A DNA stretch of 64,000 nt from assembly GCA_011364905.1 (NCBI GenBank), contig RDNZ01000005.1, positions 1 to 64,000 of the forward strand. The letters run 5' to 3'. Each line of letters begins with the position of its first letter. Within the stretch, counting starts at the first letter, position 1. The stretch comes from Candidatus Thorarchaeota archaeon. Lineage in GTDB: Archaea; Asgardarchaeota; Thorarchaeia; Thorarchaeales; Thorarchaeaceae. Made by a program: the position numbers and the translations under genes. Shown here one piece after another: positions 17,221 through 26,837 of the stretch. The notes beneath the pieces are model-generated. The model worked only from the letters and a program-made list of their open reading frames with translations. It had not been told where the DNA came from and ran no database searches.

Positions 17221-19499
17221 TGGAAAAGACTGGCTGGCTCTTGGACTGCAGTGTGAACCAGGAAAAACATGCACTGACCCTCTGGATAAAGAGCGAAGAG
17301 GAGACCAAGGGTTACACCTATCGTGGATTTCAGCCCTCTGTTTTTGTAAGTACCGACCTGATGCGAAGTATGGACTGGAGTGAAACAGACATTCTGAATG
17401 CAGTCCTAGAGCATCCCAAAGTGGTACAAACGAAGATTGTGAAAAAATTCACCAGTGTCTATGATGTGGAGAAGACCCCAGTTCTGCAGGTATTCACTGC
17501 ACCAGATGCACTGCGAGAGGTTGCTAGAGACCTAGAGAGACTTCCTGGAGCTACTGTGTTTCATGCAGACATCGATCCGGTCCACCAGTTCTTCATCGCC
17601 AAGACTATGTTCGTCTTTGGACGTGTTAAGTATGAGCTGAAGGGAGATGAGATTGTCAATGTCGAGTGTCTTGACGATCGTGAGGACCCAAAGTATGAGA
17701 TTCCCGACCTTGTGGAGCTTGGGTTCGAGGTGTTCATTGACACCGAACAGATTTTCCCTAAGATAGAAGACAGGATACATCACATAGAGGTCTATTACAA
17801 AGAAGAAGTCATCCATATCGAGGACTTAGAGGAAAGGAATATTCTCTACAGATTTCAAAGCATTGTCGACAAGATAGACCCTGATGTGATTACCACGCGG
17901 AGAGGTGACGAGAGTCTCTTCAGGTATCTCAGCTTACGTGCCCAAGTCAATGGAGTAGAACTACGACTCTCGCGGGATGGCTCACCATTGAGGGTCACAT
18001 ACAGAGAGCCCCAGTCATTCTGGCAGTACAACCAGATTGTGTACAGATCAGGGACCCAAGTCACGTTGAATGGGAGAATTCACATTGACAGAGGAAAGAC
18101 AGGCATGCACTTCTTCTCTCCTGTGGGCCTAGATGGCGTCGCAGAGAGCTGCCGTCTTGCCTTGGGAAGACCACAGAGAGTCTCACGGATGACTATTGGC
18201 GCGGTGAACGCAGCTGTACAATTCTACAATGCTTTCAAGATGGACATCCTCATACCTCCAGTCAAACGAAACCCAGAGTTCCTCAAGTCACTCAACGAAC
18301 TGGCGGCCATCGACAGAGGAGGACTGATCCTTCAGCCACGGCCAGACATCTACGAGAATGTCGCTGAGTGTGACTTTTCGTCGATGTACCCAACCCTTAT
18401 GGTCAACAAGAATATCAGTCCCGAAACCATATGCACACGCACAGACTGCCCCTATGGTAAGGAGTACTGTATCACAGTCCCTGAATTGAGCTTCAAGATC
18501 TGTTCTCGCAAGAGGGGAATTGTATCAAAATCATTAGAGCTACTTGTCAACAGAAGAATGAAGTTCAAGGATCTGATCGAAGGAGGCGAAGATGCGAAGA
18601 AATACGAGTTTGTCCAGAACACACTGAAGGGAGTTCTAGTTTCATGTTTTGGATATCTTGGCTTCAAGAATGCAAAGTTCGGGCGAGTGGAGGCTCACAC
18701 TGCTGTAACCGCATTTGCAAGAGATGTCATGCTCAGGACCCAAGAGATTGGGGAAGAGATGGGACTGGAGATGATCCATGGTATTGTTGACTCTGTATGG
18801 CTGCAAGCTGAAGGCGCGATTGACTACGAGAATGTCGCGGAGTTCTGCAAACGGGTCACTGAAGATGTCAAGATTCAGATGTCGCCAAAAGGAGTCTACA
18901 GGTGGATGGTCATCCCATCCTCTCGCCTGTATCCCTCAGTTGCCCCATTGAATCGATACTATGGGGTCTATAGAAACGGAGGAATAAAGACGCGGGGAAT
19001 CGAGACCCGTCGGCGAGATACATGCTTGTATGTCGGTGACTGCCAGAAAGAGATGATTAAGACTCTTGCACGTGGTCGTGACAAAGCAGGGTTTCTGGAG
19101 CAGATACCAAGTGCGTATTCGGTGTGCCAAGAGTATATCAATAGACTGCATGATGATAATGTAGACATCAGAGACCTTGTCCTCAATGCCACGCTCACGC
19201 GAAATCCTCATGAGTATCGAGCCACATCAAGAGCAGCAGTAGTTGCTCAGCAGTTGGTCAAGGCGGGGAGAGACCTACATGCGGGTCAAAAGGTCAGATA
19301 CGTAATGACATCAGCAGACTCAGAAAACCCTATACGCAGAGTATGCGCGTTGGAGTTGTTTGATGGATTTACGAGATACGATTCAGATGCTTATGCGAAT
19401 CTTTGTAGACGCGCTTTTGAAAGTCTCATTCCCGCGCAGTATCTGAATTCTAAAATGCAACTGGATCCTGAACAGACAGCTCTTTTCATAGAAGGTTGA
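17220..19499 (+). CDS. polB2: Family B DNA polymerase, PolB2 group
   Basis: DFSSMYP, NISPET, K..LVSCFGY.G, variant motif C HGIVDS, degenerate exonuclease. Confidence 0.88.
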   Translation: MEKTGWLLDCSVNQEKHALTLWIKSEEETKGYTYRGFQPSVFVSTDLMRSMDWSETDILNAVLEHPKVVQTKIVKKFTSVYDVEKTPVLQVFTAPDALREVARDLERLPGATVFHADIDPVHQFFIAKTMFVFGRVKYELKGDEIVNVECLDDREDPKYEIPDLVELGFEVFIDTEQIFPKIEDRIHHIEVYYKEEVIHIEDLEERNILYRFQSIVDKIDPDVITTRRGDESLFRYLSLRAQVNGVELRLSRDGSPLRVTYREPQSFWQYNQIVYRSGTQVTLNGRIHIDRGKTGMHFFSPVGLDGVAESCRLALGRPQRVSRMTIGAVNAAVQFYNAFKMDILIPPVKRNPEFLKSLNELAAIDRGGLILQPRPDIYENVAECDFSSMYPTLMVNKNISPETICTRTDCPYGKEYCITVPELSFKICSRKRGIVSKSLELLVNRRMKFKDLIEGGEDAKKYEFVQNTLKGVLVSCFGYLGFKNAKFGRVEAHTAVTAFARDVMLRTQEIGEEMGLEMIHGIVDSVWLQAEGAIDYENVAEFCKRVTEDVKIQMSPKGVYRWMVIPSSRLYPSVAPLNRYYGVYRNGGIKTRGIETRRRDTCLYVGDCQKEMIKTLARGRDKAGFLEQIPSAYSVCQEYINRLHDDNVDIRDLVLNATLTRNPHEYRATSRAAVVAQQLVKAGRDLHAGQKVRYVMTSADSENPIRRVCALELFDGFTRYDSDAYANLCRRAFESLIPAQYLNSKMQLDPEQTALFIEG

Positions 19500-19504
19500 T
19501 TTTT

Positions 19505-20881
19505 CTACTCAGTCACTGCGTGAGCTTGCATCGCAATCCTCGGTCGTAGTTCTCGAACAGGAATTCCCGTTTCTTTAGAAACTCGAAAGACATCGTCAGC
19601 TTCGGGCTTGATACTGAGAATACTCCCATCCACACTTCGAGAAACCTTCACGCGAACCATGTGTTCATTGCCATCAATCTCAAATCTACACACAATGGTT
19701 TCGCGTATTGCTTTAAGCCGCTGCCAGGTCGTATAACGAATCCCGATTGTACCAAGATTCCTGATCATAACGTCAGCAATACTCTTCAACCCGGCCTTAG
19801 CCGCAATGACCTTAACAACATAACAAGGACGGTTTTTCTTACCAATCGCAGGTATAATGGTCACGTCATAGGCGAGTCCTTCCTCAAGAAGCGTGTCAAA
19901 TAATGTACCAAGAGTTTCACCATCGACATCATCGACATTGGTCTCTATTACTATCACATCATCTTCGTTCCAACCGTCGATCACATTGGATGTCTCTTCG
20001 GCCTTAGCTTTGGTTTCTTTCTGCGCCTTACTTTCTTTCTGCGCCTTAGTCTCTTTCTGCGCTTTAGTCTCCTTCTTCTTCGGCTCTTCCTTTGCTGGTT
20101 CAGCTTCTTCCTTCTCCGGAACTACTGTTTCGCCAACGACAATCGACAGCATATTTGGAATCTTCCCAAGATCCCGTATACCAAAACCGAATCCTTGATT
20201 CTGTGCAACAAAATCGTCATGCGATTCCACAAACTTGTCTGCAATTGCAATTAGGAGAGCTGCACCAGTTGGAGTCAGCACCTCAGTCTTGGCATCGCCT
20301 TCGTGATGTGGAACCTTGTTTGCTTTAAGCAACTCTGAAACAGCTGGCACAGGAACTTCAAGCACACCATGTTCAGTTTCGATGGTACCACTCCCTACTG
20401 CAACGGCCGTTGAAAGGAACTCTGCGTCCCCCAAAAGGCCTGTTCTTTCAAGAAGATAGGCGGTTCCCACAATATCGAGGATGGTATCGATTGTACCAGT
20501 TTCATGGAGGAGTAATTCATCAATGGGTGTATCGTGAACTCGACTCTCAGCTTCAAGAAGCTCATCCAGCGCTTTTGTAGCAATCTTCTTGCCCTCTTCA
20601 CATAGCTCAACTTCTTCGGCAACTGAGTGAAGCACCTCTTTAAGTGAGATGGGAGTAAGTCGAATTCCTGTGTTCTGTGACACCTGAATCTGGCGACCTG
20701 TCATTCCAGAATGGGTATGAGACTCCATGTTTATGCGAAATGAGGGGTCATATATCAGAAGACTGGCAGCAACAGGGAGTAATGCATCATCTTCTCCAAT
20801 TAAATCTGTGAGAGCTGAAAGAAACATGTCGCCTGAAGCTCCGGCGGTTGCAACATCTATGAGCACTGTTTTCTTTGTCAA
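19505..20881 (-). CDS. larC: LarC nickel-pincer cofactor nickel insertase
   Basis: GASGDM, AESRVH, HETG..D..DIVG, PVPA, TPTGAA, ETNVDD, KKNRP, KPE.DD. Confidence 0.88.
   Translation of the reverse strand: MTKKTVLIDVATAGASGDMFLSALTDLIGEDDALLPVAASLLIYDPSFRINMESHTHSGMTGRQIQVSQNTGIRLTPISLKEVLHSVAEEVELCEEGKKIATKALDELLEAESRVHDTPIDELLLHETGTIDTILDIVGTAYLLERTGLLGDAEFLSTAVAVGSGTIETEHGVLEVPVPAVSELLKANKVPHHEGDAKTEVLTPTGAALLIAIADKFVESHDDFVAQNQGFGFGIRDLGKIPNMLSIVVGETVVPEKEEAEPAKEEPKKKETKAQKETKAQKESKAQKETKAKAEETSNVIDGWNEDDVIVIETNVDDVDGETLGTLFDTLLEEGLAYDVTIIPAIGKKNRPCYVVKVIAAKAGLKSIADVMIRNLGTIGIRYTTWQRLKAIRETIVCRFEIDGNEHMVRVKVSRSVDGSILSIKPEADDVFRVSKETGIPVRELRPRIAMQAHAVTE
20003..20076 (-). repeat. Imperfect 18-bp tandem repeat (~4 units) encoding KETKAQ in the LarC linker
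   Basis: tttctgcgc(c/t)tta recurs at 18-bp spacing. Confidence 0.85.
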
Positions 20882-21031
20882 ATATCGGATCCTCCTGTTG
20901 TTACTCCTCCATCTGGAACTATGTTCATCGTAACTTTTTCATTTTTTCTAACGTGAACTCCATATCTGATAATAAAGTGACATCCGACCCAGCCTAAATA
21001 AGATTGTCAGCTCGTACTCATTTCCATGAAT

Positions 21032-21811
21032 TCAACTCGTCTGATGTTTCCTCCACTGGCTAAAAATGGCCATGTACATGCATTCCGAGGGAGGAATCCA
21101 CATTTCTGCGGAATCAAATGACTGGTCGACAAACTCAACTGGAGCATCTCTAACGATTGCCGCTGGAATCGACTCATTTGTTTCGCCCATAACTGCAGTG
21201 CATGCAGATGCCAGATTATCAGCAATAGCTCTTCGCGTTATGCGCATGACATTCCCAAACAAATCCTTATGTCCGCGCTCGTCCACAACAGGGCGAAATC
21301 CAGAAACACCAAGAGCCATTCCAATGTTTCCCAATCGCAGAGGTTGTGTCCTGCTATCGATGAGGAGAACTCCAATCGTTATGCCAAGTCTACTCTTAAC
21401 CTCATTACGTAGTCGGTCTGCGCTAGCGCGGGGATTTAGAGGAAGAAGTGATGCATGACCTGGTGGTGAATTGGATTTATCGACGCCTGCGTTTGCCATC
21501 AGTGTATTGTTCTTGATTGTGAGCAAAACATGCGGAATCCCACCAAGAATGTCATCAGCCTCTTCTATGACAAGCTCAGCGATTTCAGGTTGCAGTTCGT
21601 ATTTCCTCGCTAGTTTCTTGGCATCCTCTGATGGTTCTATTTCAGAAAGACTGACAACTCTACCCTCAGTTGTACCAAGAGGGGTCTCAGCAACACCTAG
21701 AATGTCATTATCTTTGAGCTCGAGTCCAGATTCGTCGATGGCATTCAGAAGTACATCAATGAAGTTATCCTCTGGTAGGATAATTCGCGTCTTGACGGGA
21801 ATAACCTGCAT
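21032..21811 (-). CDS. cofE: CofE-family gamma-glutamyl ligase
   Basis: ANAGVDKSN, DSRTQPLRLG, DLFG, ADNLAS, GETNESIP. Confidence 0.88.
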   Translation of the reverse strand: MQVIPVKTRIILPEDNFIDVLLNAIDESGLELKDNDILGVAETPLGTTEGRVVSLSEIEPSEDAKKLARKYELQPEIAELVIEEADDILGGIPHVLLTIKNNTLMANAGVDKSNSPPGHASLLPLNPRASADRLRNEVKSRLGITIGVLLIDSRTQPLRLGNIGMALGVSGFRPVVDERGHKDLFGNVMRITRRAIADNLASACTAVMGETNESIPAAIVRDAPVEFVDQSFDSAEMWIPPSECMYMAIFSQWRKHQTS

Positions 21812-21853
21812 CTTGTATACCCGATAAGGCTCGTAGATGACTGAAAGATAAAG

Positions 21854-23257
21854 TCATCCATGCCCCTTTTTTTGGAGCCTCATCCTCTGACCCATAATGC
21901 ATTTATCGCCCTTGCGGCCTCCCATAGGATTTTCTTTGGTGCCCATTGAGTTCATGCAACGAGCTGCGACAGCAGCGCCCATTGCTAGCCCGTCTTCAAC
22001 AAAGAGGAGGTCATGCGACGAGGACCAGCGTTCACCAGTCTTCAACCGGAGGCCATCCACGATTAGTTTCGGCTTATGTCCAGTTATGATTGACCTTCCT
22101 GTAAGACCGAGAGATGTATTCCTAAGAAGGAGTCCTTCACTGTCAACAATGTTGACGATTCTTTGAACGATATCAACCATGGCACAATCTATAGCAGTCA
22201 AAAGAACTTCGACTCCAGCCTCTGCAACGATGGTTTGACCCAGCTTTTCTAGTTCAGCGAGCTTTGACCCGTTTGTCCCAGCATCAACACCGATCAGGAG
22301 AACCTTAGACTCGTTTGCAGATTTTCCGTTCACAGGAACAGTTCCAAAACGGGTGTCGGTTTCTTTTACACGCTCCACTCGGATATAGTCATCGAACCAT
22401 TCGTTAACGATCTTCGTTTTGCTTGGATGATATGATTGTGGCAAATCTAGAACTGTCCCATTCCGCTCTGGAACCAAGCCAGACTTGCGAACTAGTGCAT
22501 CAGGAATTGCCCCAGCCAGCCCTACGAAGGATCCAATTGTCTTTGCGTAGGGATAACTATCGTCAGTAATGCGTCCTGCGAGAGTAGTACCGAAATCAAG
22601 AGTCATGACCGGATGCCGAAAGTCAATACTAGTACTTTTCGCCGCTCCTTTAATTCCCGCTGTAACTAATTCGCCCTCCATTTCATTAGCTACAATTGAA
22701 GTGTCTGATGGAGGCAGTGAACTAGCCACAGCACCGTCAAAGTAGACTTTCTTAAGCCATGTGAACTCCTGTAGATCAGGAGGGAGGTTCTCGGCCATGA
22801 GCGAAGCAGTCATTTTCCGCGGAGAAACCCCGGCCTGTAAGCACCCATCAGCAAGTGCTTGGACAATCACCCCGACTTCATCAGGGTCTGCAAATCCTGC
22901 TGTAACGCCTGTGGACCGGACTACAAAGTGAAGGTCGCGATCGATGTCTAACCTCGCCCTATTCAGAACTGTGAGAAGCACATCAGAAACCATCTCTGAT
23001 ACCGATTCACGAGTGAGGTCAACTCCAAAGATTGTCCTCCCGAAGATCTGCTCATCAGATTGAGGAGCGCGGACGTCTCTGGTCATTCGCACTTCTTTCT
23101 CAATCTCATAGATCTCTGCGGTCTTAAGATTGGTCGACACTAGAATGCATTTGGTGGTGGTGTTGCCCAGCTCAACTGACGCAACGGTATAGAAGGGACC
23201 ATTGCGGAGTGAAGATACTCCAATCGAGCGAGGTTTGATAACCTTATCTTTTCTCAC
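21854..23257 (-). CDS. Methanogenesis marker protein 14 (DUF2114)
   Basis: VASVELGNTTTKCI, FVVRSTGVTAG, NEMEGELVTAGIK, DFGTTLAG, DGLA.GAAV.ARCMNS.G. Confidence 0.85.
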   Translation of the reverse strand: MRKDKVIKPRSIGVSSLRNGPFYTVASVELGNTTTKCILVSTNLKTAEIYEIEKEVRMTRDVRAPQSDEQIFGRTIFGVDLTRESVSEMVSDVLLTVLNRARLDIDRDLHFVVRSTGVTAGFADPDEVGVIVQALADGCLQAGVSPRKMTASLMAENLPPDLQEFTWLKKVYFDGAVASSLPPSDTSIVANEMEGELVTAGIKGAAKSTSIDFRHPVMTLDFGTTLAGRITDDSYPYAKTIGSFVGLAGAIPDALVRKSGLVPERNGTVLDLPQSYHPSKTKIVNEWFDDYIRVERVKETDTRFGTVPVNGKSANESKVLLIGVDAGTNGSKLAELEKLGQTIVAEAGVEVLLTAIDCAMVDIVQRIVNIVDSEGLLLRNTSLGLTGRSIITGHKPKLIVDGLRLKTGERWSSSHDLLFVEDGLAMGAAVAARCMNSMGTKENPMGGRKGDKCIMGQRMRLQKKGHG

Positions 23258-23276
23258 CGACTAGACCAACTCCATT

Positions 23277-24212
23277 CTAGAGTAGCTTCTTGTAAGGATG
23301 ACTATCAGGTGGTTCAATACCAAACTCAATTTCTGATGACTCTCCAGCAAAGGCATCTCCCATCGCAATAACAGGGAAGACACGTTCTGCATTCTCGATT
23401 GGACCATATAGCACATAATCAGCACCCATCATTTGAACAATGAGGTTGGAAGCTGCATCTACAGTCAAGAAACCCTCACGGTTGACTTTCTTGTACTTGC
23501 GCAACCAAGGCCAAGATGATGGAGCGTTGTGAACGCCCGATCCAGTGGGCAGTCCATAAATTGACTTCGAAACAAAGGTAAATGCGGCAGCTGATCCCGC
23601 TCCCGCACCCATTGCAGTCACAGCCGTGTCAATCAAAGGTTTGGAAACACCCAACTCTTTTGAAAGGTCAAGAAGTCCTTTGTCGAGGTTCAAAGCACCG
23701 TTCTCCAGAACCTTTCTTCGACCTGCAATTGAGGGATCTTGTGGATTGAAAGCTAGGAGTATCGCACATTCGTGCTGAATTTCACGCAAGGAGTCTAGTT
23801 CCTCTTCAGTTGCGGATACATTGAGTGAGTTGTAAATTGCACGATCAAGTAGCCCGACTTCCTCAGCATGTCGCAACCCAGCAATTCTAACCATTGGGTC
23901 AGTTGAATCGATGAGGAAGGGTGCGTCCGTAAGATTGGTGACAAAGTCGATGTATTTTATCAGCGCCTCTTCAGATTCAGAAAAAATCTGAATGAGTGTC
24001 GGATTGCCGGTCATAGCTGACATCTCATCTTGCCTTTGAATAAGTGATGCAGCCACGTCCTCCTCAAAAATACCTCTCCTGGGATCAGTGACAATCTTAT
24101 GACCACTATAGAAAATTGTTCCAGCTAAAACCGTCGGGGTCTCTCCAGGATTGCCGCCTATCCTGACACCACCCACACTATGAATTATCTGCTCTTTCTC
24201 AAAAACAAACAT
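23277..24212 (-). CDS. mtrH: MtrH-family pterin:corrinoid methyltransferase (copy 1)
   Basis: MFVFEKEQ, GG.PGE.PT, IDS, IYNS, DTA, GVHNAPSSW.W, YGPIE. Confidence 0.9.
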   Translation of the reverse strand: MFVFEKEQIIHSVGGVRIGGNPGETPTVLAGTIFYSGHKIVTDPRRGIFEEDVAASLIQRQDEMSAMTGNPTLIQIFSESEEALIKYIDFVTNLTDAPFLIDSTDPMVRIAGLRHAEEVGLLDRAIYNSLNVSATEEELDSLREIQHECAILLAFNPQDPSIAGRRKVLENGALNLDKGLLDLSKELGVSKPLIDTAVTAMGAGAGSAAAFTFVSKSIYGLPTGSGVHNAPSSWPWLRKYKKVNREGFLTVDAASNLIVQMMGADYVLYGPIENAERVFPVIAMGDAFAGESSEIEFGIEPPDSHPYKKLL

Positions 24213-24217
24213 GTGTT

Positions 24218-24904
24218 CTAAACCTCCCGTCCAAAAAGAATTGTACCAGTATCATCATCTTGTACTTCAATAGCAACTAATGACGGATTCTCAGCCACAA
24301 TGGCACTTGATTTGTGACTCGTCACCAAGGAGCCATTTGATTCAAAAACAACTCCGTATTCAGGAAGGAGTATCACGTCTGCTTCCACGCGCCTCCGCCG
24401 TGATTTCTTGGCAGTCACTTTAAACTCCACCCACATAGCACCTTTTGCGAAAGCCCCGGGGTCTTTGGAACTCAGCTCCTTTGCGGCATCTGCAATTTTC
24501 ATAGGGTCATTTGTGTTAATCATATCTATTAGTTTGACTTGTTCTCTAAACTGCTCTATGCCCTCCAGTGGGATATTTTCTATATATGGGATTGCACCTT
24601 CAGCATCAATTATCTTCCGTGTTTGAGGGTCAACTCCATTGTTGTAGAGTGCCCTCATAGATCGACCAGTGAGATGACCAGGAACTTCAGGCCCCGAGAG
24701 AATCAGAAATCGTATATTCGGATTAGAAATGACATTGATGATGACTCGTTCTATACCTATGTTCTCCGTTTTGCAGGAGCCAATGATCGCATACTCTGTA
24801 TCAACACTAATCTTCTTTCCAAGCGTGCAAATGGCAACACAATGGGAAGGTGTTCCGACCTCAAAGTCTCCTGATACAGGGGGCCATTCTTCGTTCTCGC
24901 TCAT
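24218..24904 (-). CDS. mtrA: MtrA-family corrinoid protein without a membrane anchor
   Basis: WPPVSGDF.VG, KTENIGIE, SNPNIRF, EVPGHLTG (Co-ligand His), GAIPYIEN. Confidence 0.9.
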   Translation of the reverse strand: MSENEEWPPVSGDFEVGTPSHCVAICTLGKKISVDTEYAIIGSCKTENIGIERVIINVISNPNIRFLILSGPEVPGHLTGRSMRALYNNGVDPQTRKIIDAEGAIPYIENIPLEGIEQFREQVKLIDMINTNDPMKIADAAKELSSKDPGAFAKGAMWVEFKVTAKKSRRRRVEADVILLPEYGVVFESNGSLVTSHKSSAIVAENPSLVAIEVQDDDTGTILFGREV

Positions 24905-24921
24905 TGGATTTTTGCTTCCTC

Positions 24922-25839
24922 CTATTCGTATGATGGCGGATCAAATAAAGGTCGGTCGATGTCAAGTGCACTGTTTGCTTCAGCTATAGCGGTTGCCATG
25001 GCATTTCCAGTCAATGCTACAGCTGTGAACACCTCTTTCGTGTGAGCCATAGAGCCATACATGATTGAATCTGTTGCAAAGAGTTGAGCTGTCACCGTCG
25101 ATGCAACGAGTGCTGCAGTCATAGTCGAGTCATCATCGAATCCGGGTTGTTTGAGAAACCTCCATGCTGATGGAGCGTTATGTGGACCTAGACAGGTGGG
25201 GAGGCCCAACTCAGATTTTATCGCGATAGTCGTTCTATACTCGAGTCCATAACCCGCTCCGACAGGCATTGTTGCTGGATCAACAAGCACCTTTCCAATT
25301 CCCATTGACTCAGTAAGACTAAGCACTTCCTTGATTGTTTCCATTCTGTCAACAAGTGTCGTTGCACGAGGGGTCCATCCCAAGACCACAGCCATGTCAA
25401 TGGAACTCTGCTGCAATGCCTCTTTCTCATCGTCTTTCATGGAAAGGTTGACAGAGTTGTAAATTGCTCTACTAGTGAGACCGGAGTCTTGACAGTACTC
25501 AATAGCCCTCACTCGTGCGTCAGCGTTTATAGATTCGAACATGAAAGGTCCTTCATAGTTGTCAGCCAGCCACGAGAGATGATTTTCGATTGCAGTAGGA
25601 GTTCGACCATATGCTTCGATTACAAGTGGATGACCAGTCTTCTCTACCATATGGAGACCAGAGTCAATCCACTGTTTTGCAGTAGTCTTGTCGAAGGTGC
25701 CTTCCCTAGTGTTCTTCACAATAGATTGACCTTTGAAGAATAATCCTCCCACAAGAACTGCAGGATTCTCTCCTGGTTGGCCTCCAATGGTTACTCCTCC
25801 AAAATCAAATACTCGTTGTTCTTTCTTGAAAACAAACAT
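24922..25839 (-). CDS. mtrH: MtrH-family methyltransferase (copy 2, more divergent)
   Basis: MFVFKKEQ, GGQPGENP, IYNS, DPA, GPHNAPSAW. Confidence 0.85.
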   Translation of the reverse strand: MFVFKKEQRVFDFGGVTIGGQPGENPAVLVGGLFFKGQSIVKNTREGTFDKTTAKQWIDSGLHMVEKTGHPLVIEAYGRTPTAIENHLSWLADNYEGPFMFESINADARVRAIEYCQDSGLTSRAIYNSVNLSMKDDEKEALQQSSIDMAVVLGWTPRATTLVDRMETIKEVLSLTESMGIGKVLVDPATMPVGAGYGLEYRTTIAIKSELGLPTCLGPHNAPSAWRFLKQPGFDDDSTMTAALVASTVTAQLFATDSIMYGSMAHTKEVFTAVALTGNAMATAIAEANSALDIDRPLFDPPSYE

Positions 25840-25850
25840 GGAAATTCACC

Positions 25851-26774
25851 TCATTTGGGTCTAGGAAGCAGATTTCCGAGTCTAGAGAGTTCGATGATGC
25901 TTTCAGTCCAACCGACACCCATAAGATGAACTCCGTTAATCCCCTTTATTTTTCTGATGCTTCCCAGTAGTTCCAACGCAATCTGTATTCCCTCGTTTCT
26001 CTCAGCCACGACTCTCTGTGTTTCATCCAAACCTCTACCCGCATCTCTCATTCTGCTTACAATCTCTTTCGGAACTGTAATTTCTGGTACCTGATTGTTC
26101 ATGAATTCAGCCATCTCTATGTCTCTTAGGGGGATTATTCCTGCAAGCACTTTTAGATTCAAGCTAGTTGCTAGGCTCATGAAATCCTTTAGCCGCGTGG
26201 GATCAAAAATAGCCTGCGTTTGAAAGAACTGAGCTCCTGCAGCTTGTTTCTTCTCTGTAAGAAGAACTTGTTCCTCCAAAGATGGTGTATTTGGATTGAG
26301 TGTTGCTCCAATATAGAACTGAGGCGCACCTTCTAGTTCATCGCCGACAAAATCCACTCCTTGTCGAAGATTACTAGTCAGCTCAATTGCTTTGACCGTA
26401 TCTAAATCGTAGACCTCTTTTGCACCAGGATGTGTGCCATGTTTTGCATGGTCGCCAGCTATGAATAGAATGTTTCTGACACCTAGGGCATATGCACCAT
26501 ACAGCTCACTTTGAATGGAAATTCGATTCCGGTCCCTAGTTGTCATGTGCATTATCGGTTCAGCTCCAGAGCCCAAAACATAATGCGCACAGATAGCACT
26601 ACTCATTGTGGGTATACCTAGAGCATTGTCGGGGACATTAATAGCGTCGCAGAATTTTCTAACCATCTTTGTACGTTCTTTGATGAGATTGGAGTCTGTA
26701 CCATGAGGAGCTCCAATTTCTGCTGTTACAACAAATTCTCCTTCATCTAGCAATCGTTTGAGGCGGGTTTCCAA
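25851..26774 (-). CDS. metF: Methylenetetrahydrofolate reductase (MetF family)
   Basis: VTAE, NVPDN, TTRDRN, GD, GAQFFQTQ, HLM. Confidence 0.88.
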   Translation of the reverse strand: METRLKRLLDEGEFVVTAEIGAPHGTDSNLIKERTKMVRKFCDAINVPDNALGIPTMSSAICAHYVLGSGAEPIMHMTTRDRNRISIQSELYGAYALGVRNILFIAGDHAKHGTHPGAKEVYDLDTVKAIELTSNLRQGVDFVGDELEGAPQFYIGATLNPNTPSLEEQVLLTEKKQAAGAQFFQTQAIFDPTRLKDFMSLATSLNLKVLAGIIPLRDIEMAEFMNNQVPEITVPKEIVSRMRDAGRGLDETQRVVAERNEGIQIALELLGSIRKIKGINGVHLMGVGWTESIIELSRLGNLLPRPK

Positions 26775-26837
26775 AAGTTTCGATATCTCCCAATTTTCTT
26801 AATGAGAAGGATATGCGCTACCCTAAATTGCTTTTGT

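Noticed and set aside
20003-20076. Short tandem repeats here and the Thr-codon runs at 15733, 36645 and 42585 as CRISPR or mobile repeats
   Set aside because: All are in-frame coding linkers with no spacers or cas genes
21854-25839. Methanogenesis inferred from mtrA, mtrH and marker 14
   Set aside because: No mcr or membrane mtr subunits are in the window and MtrA lacks its anchor
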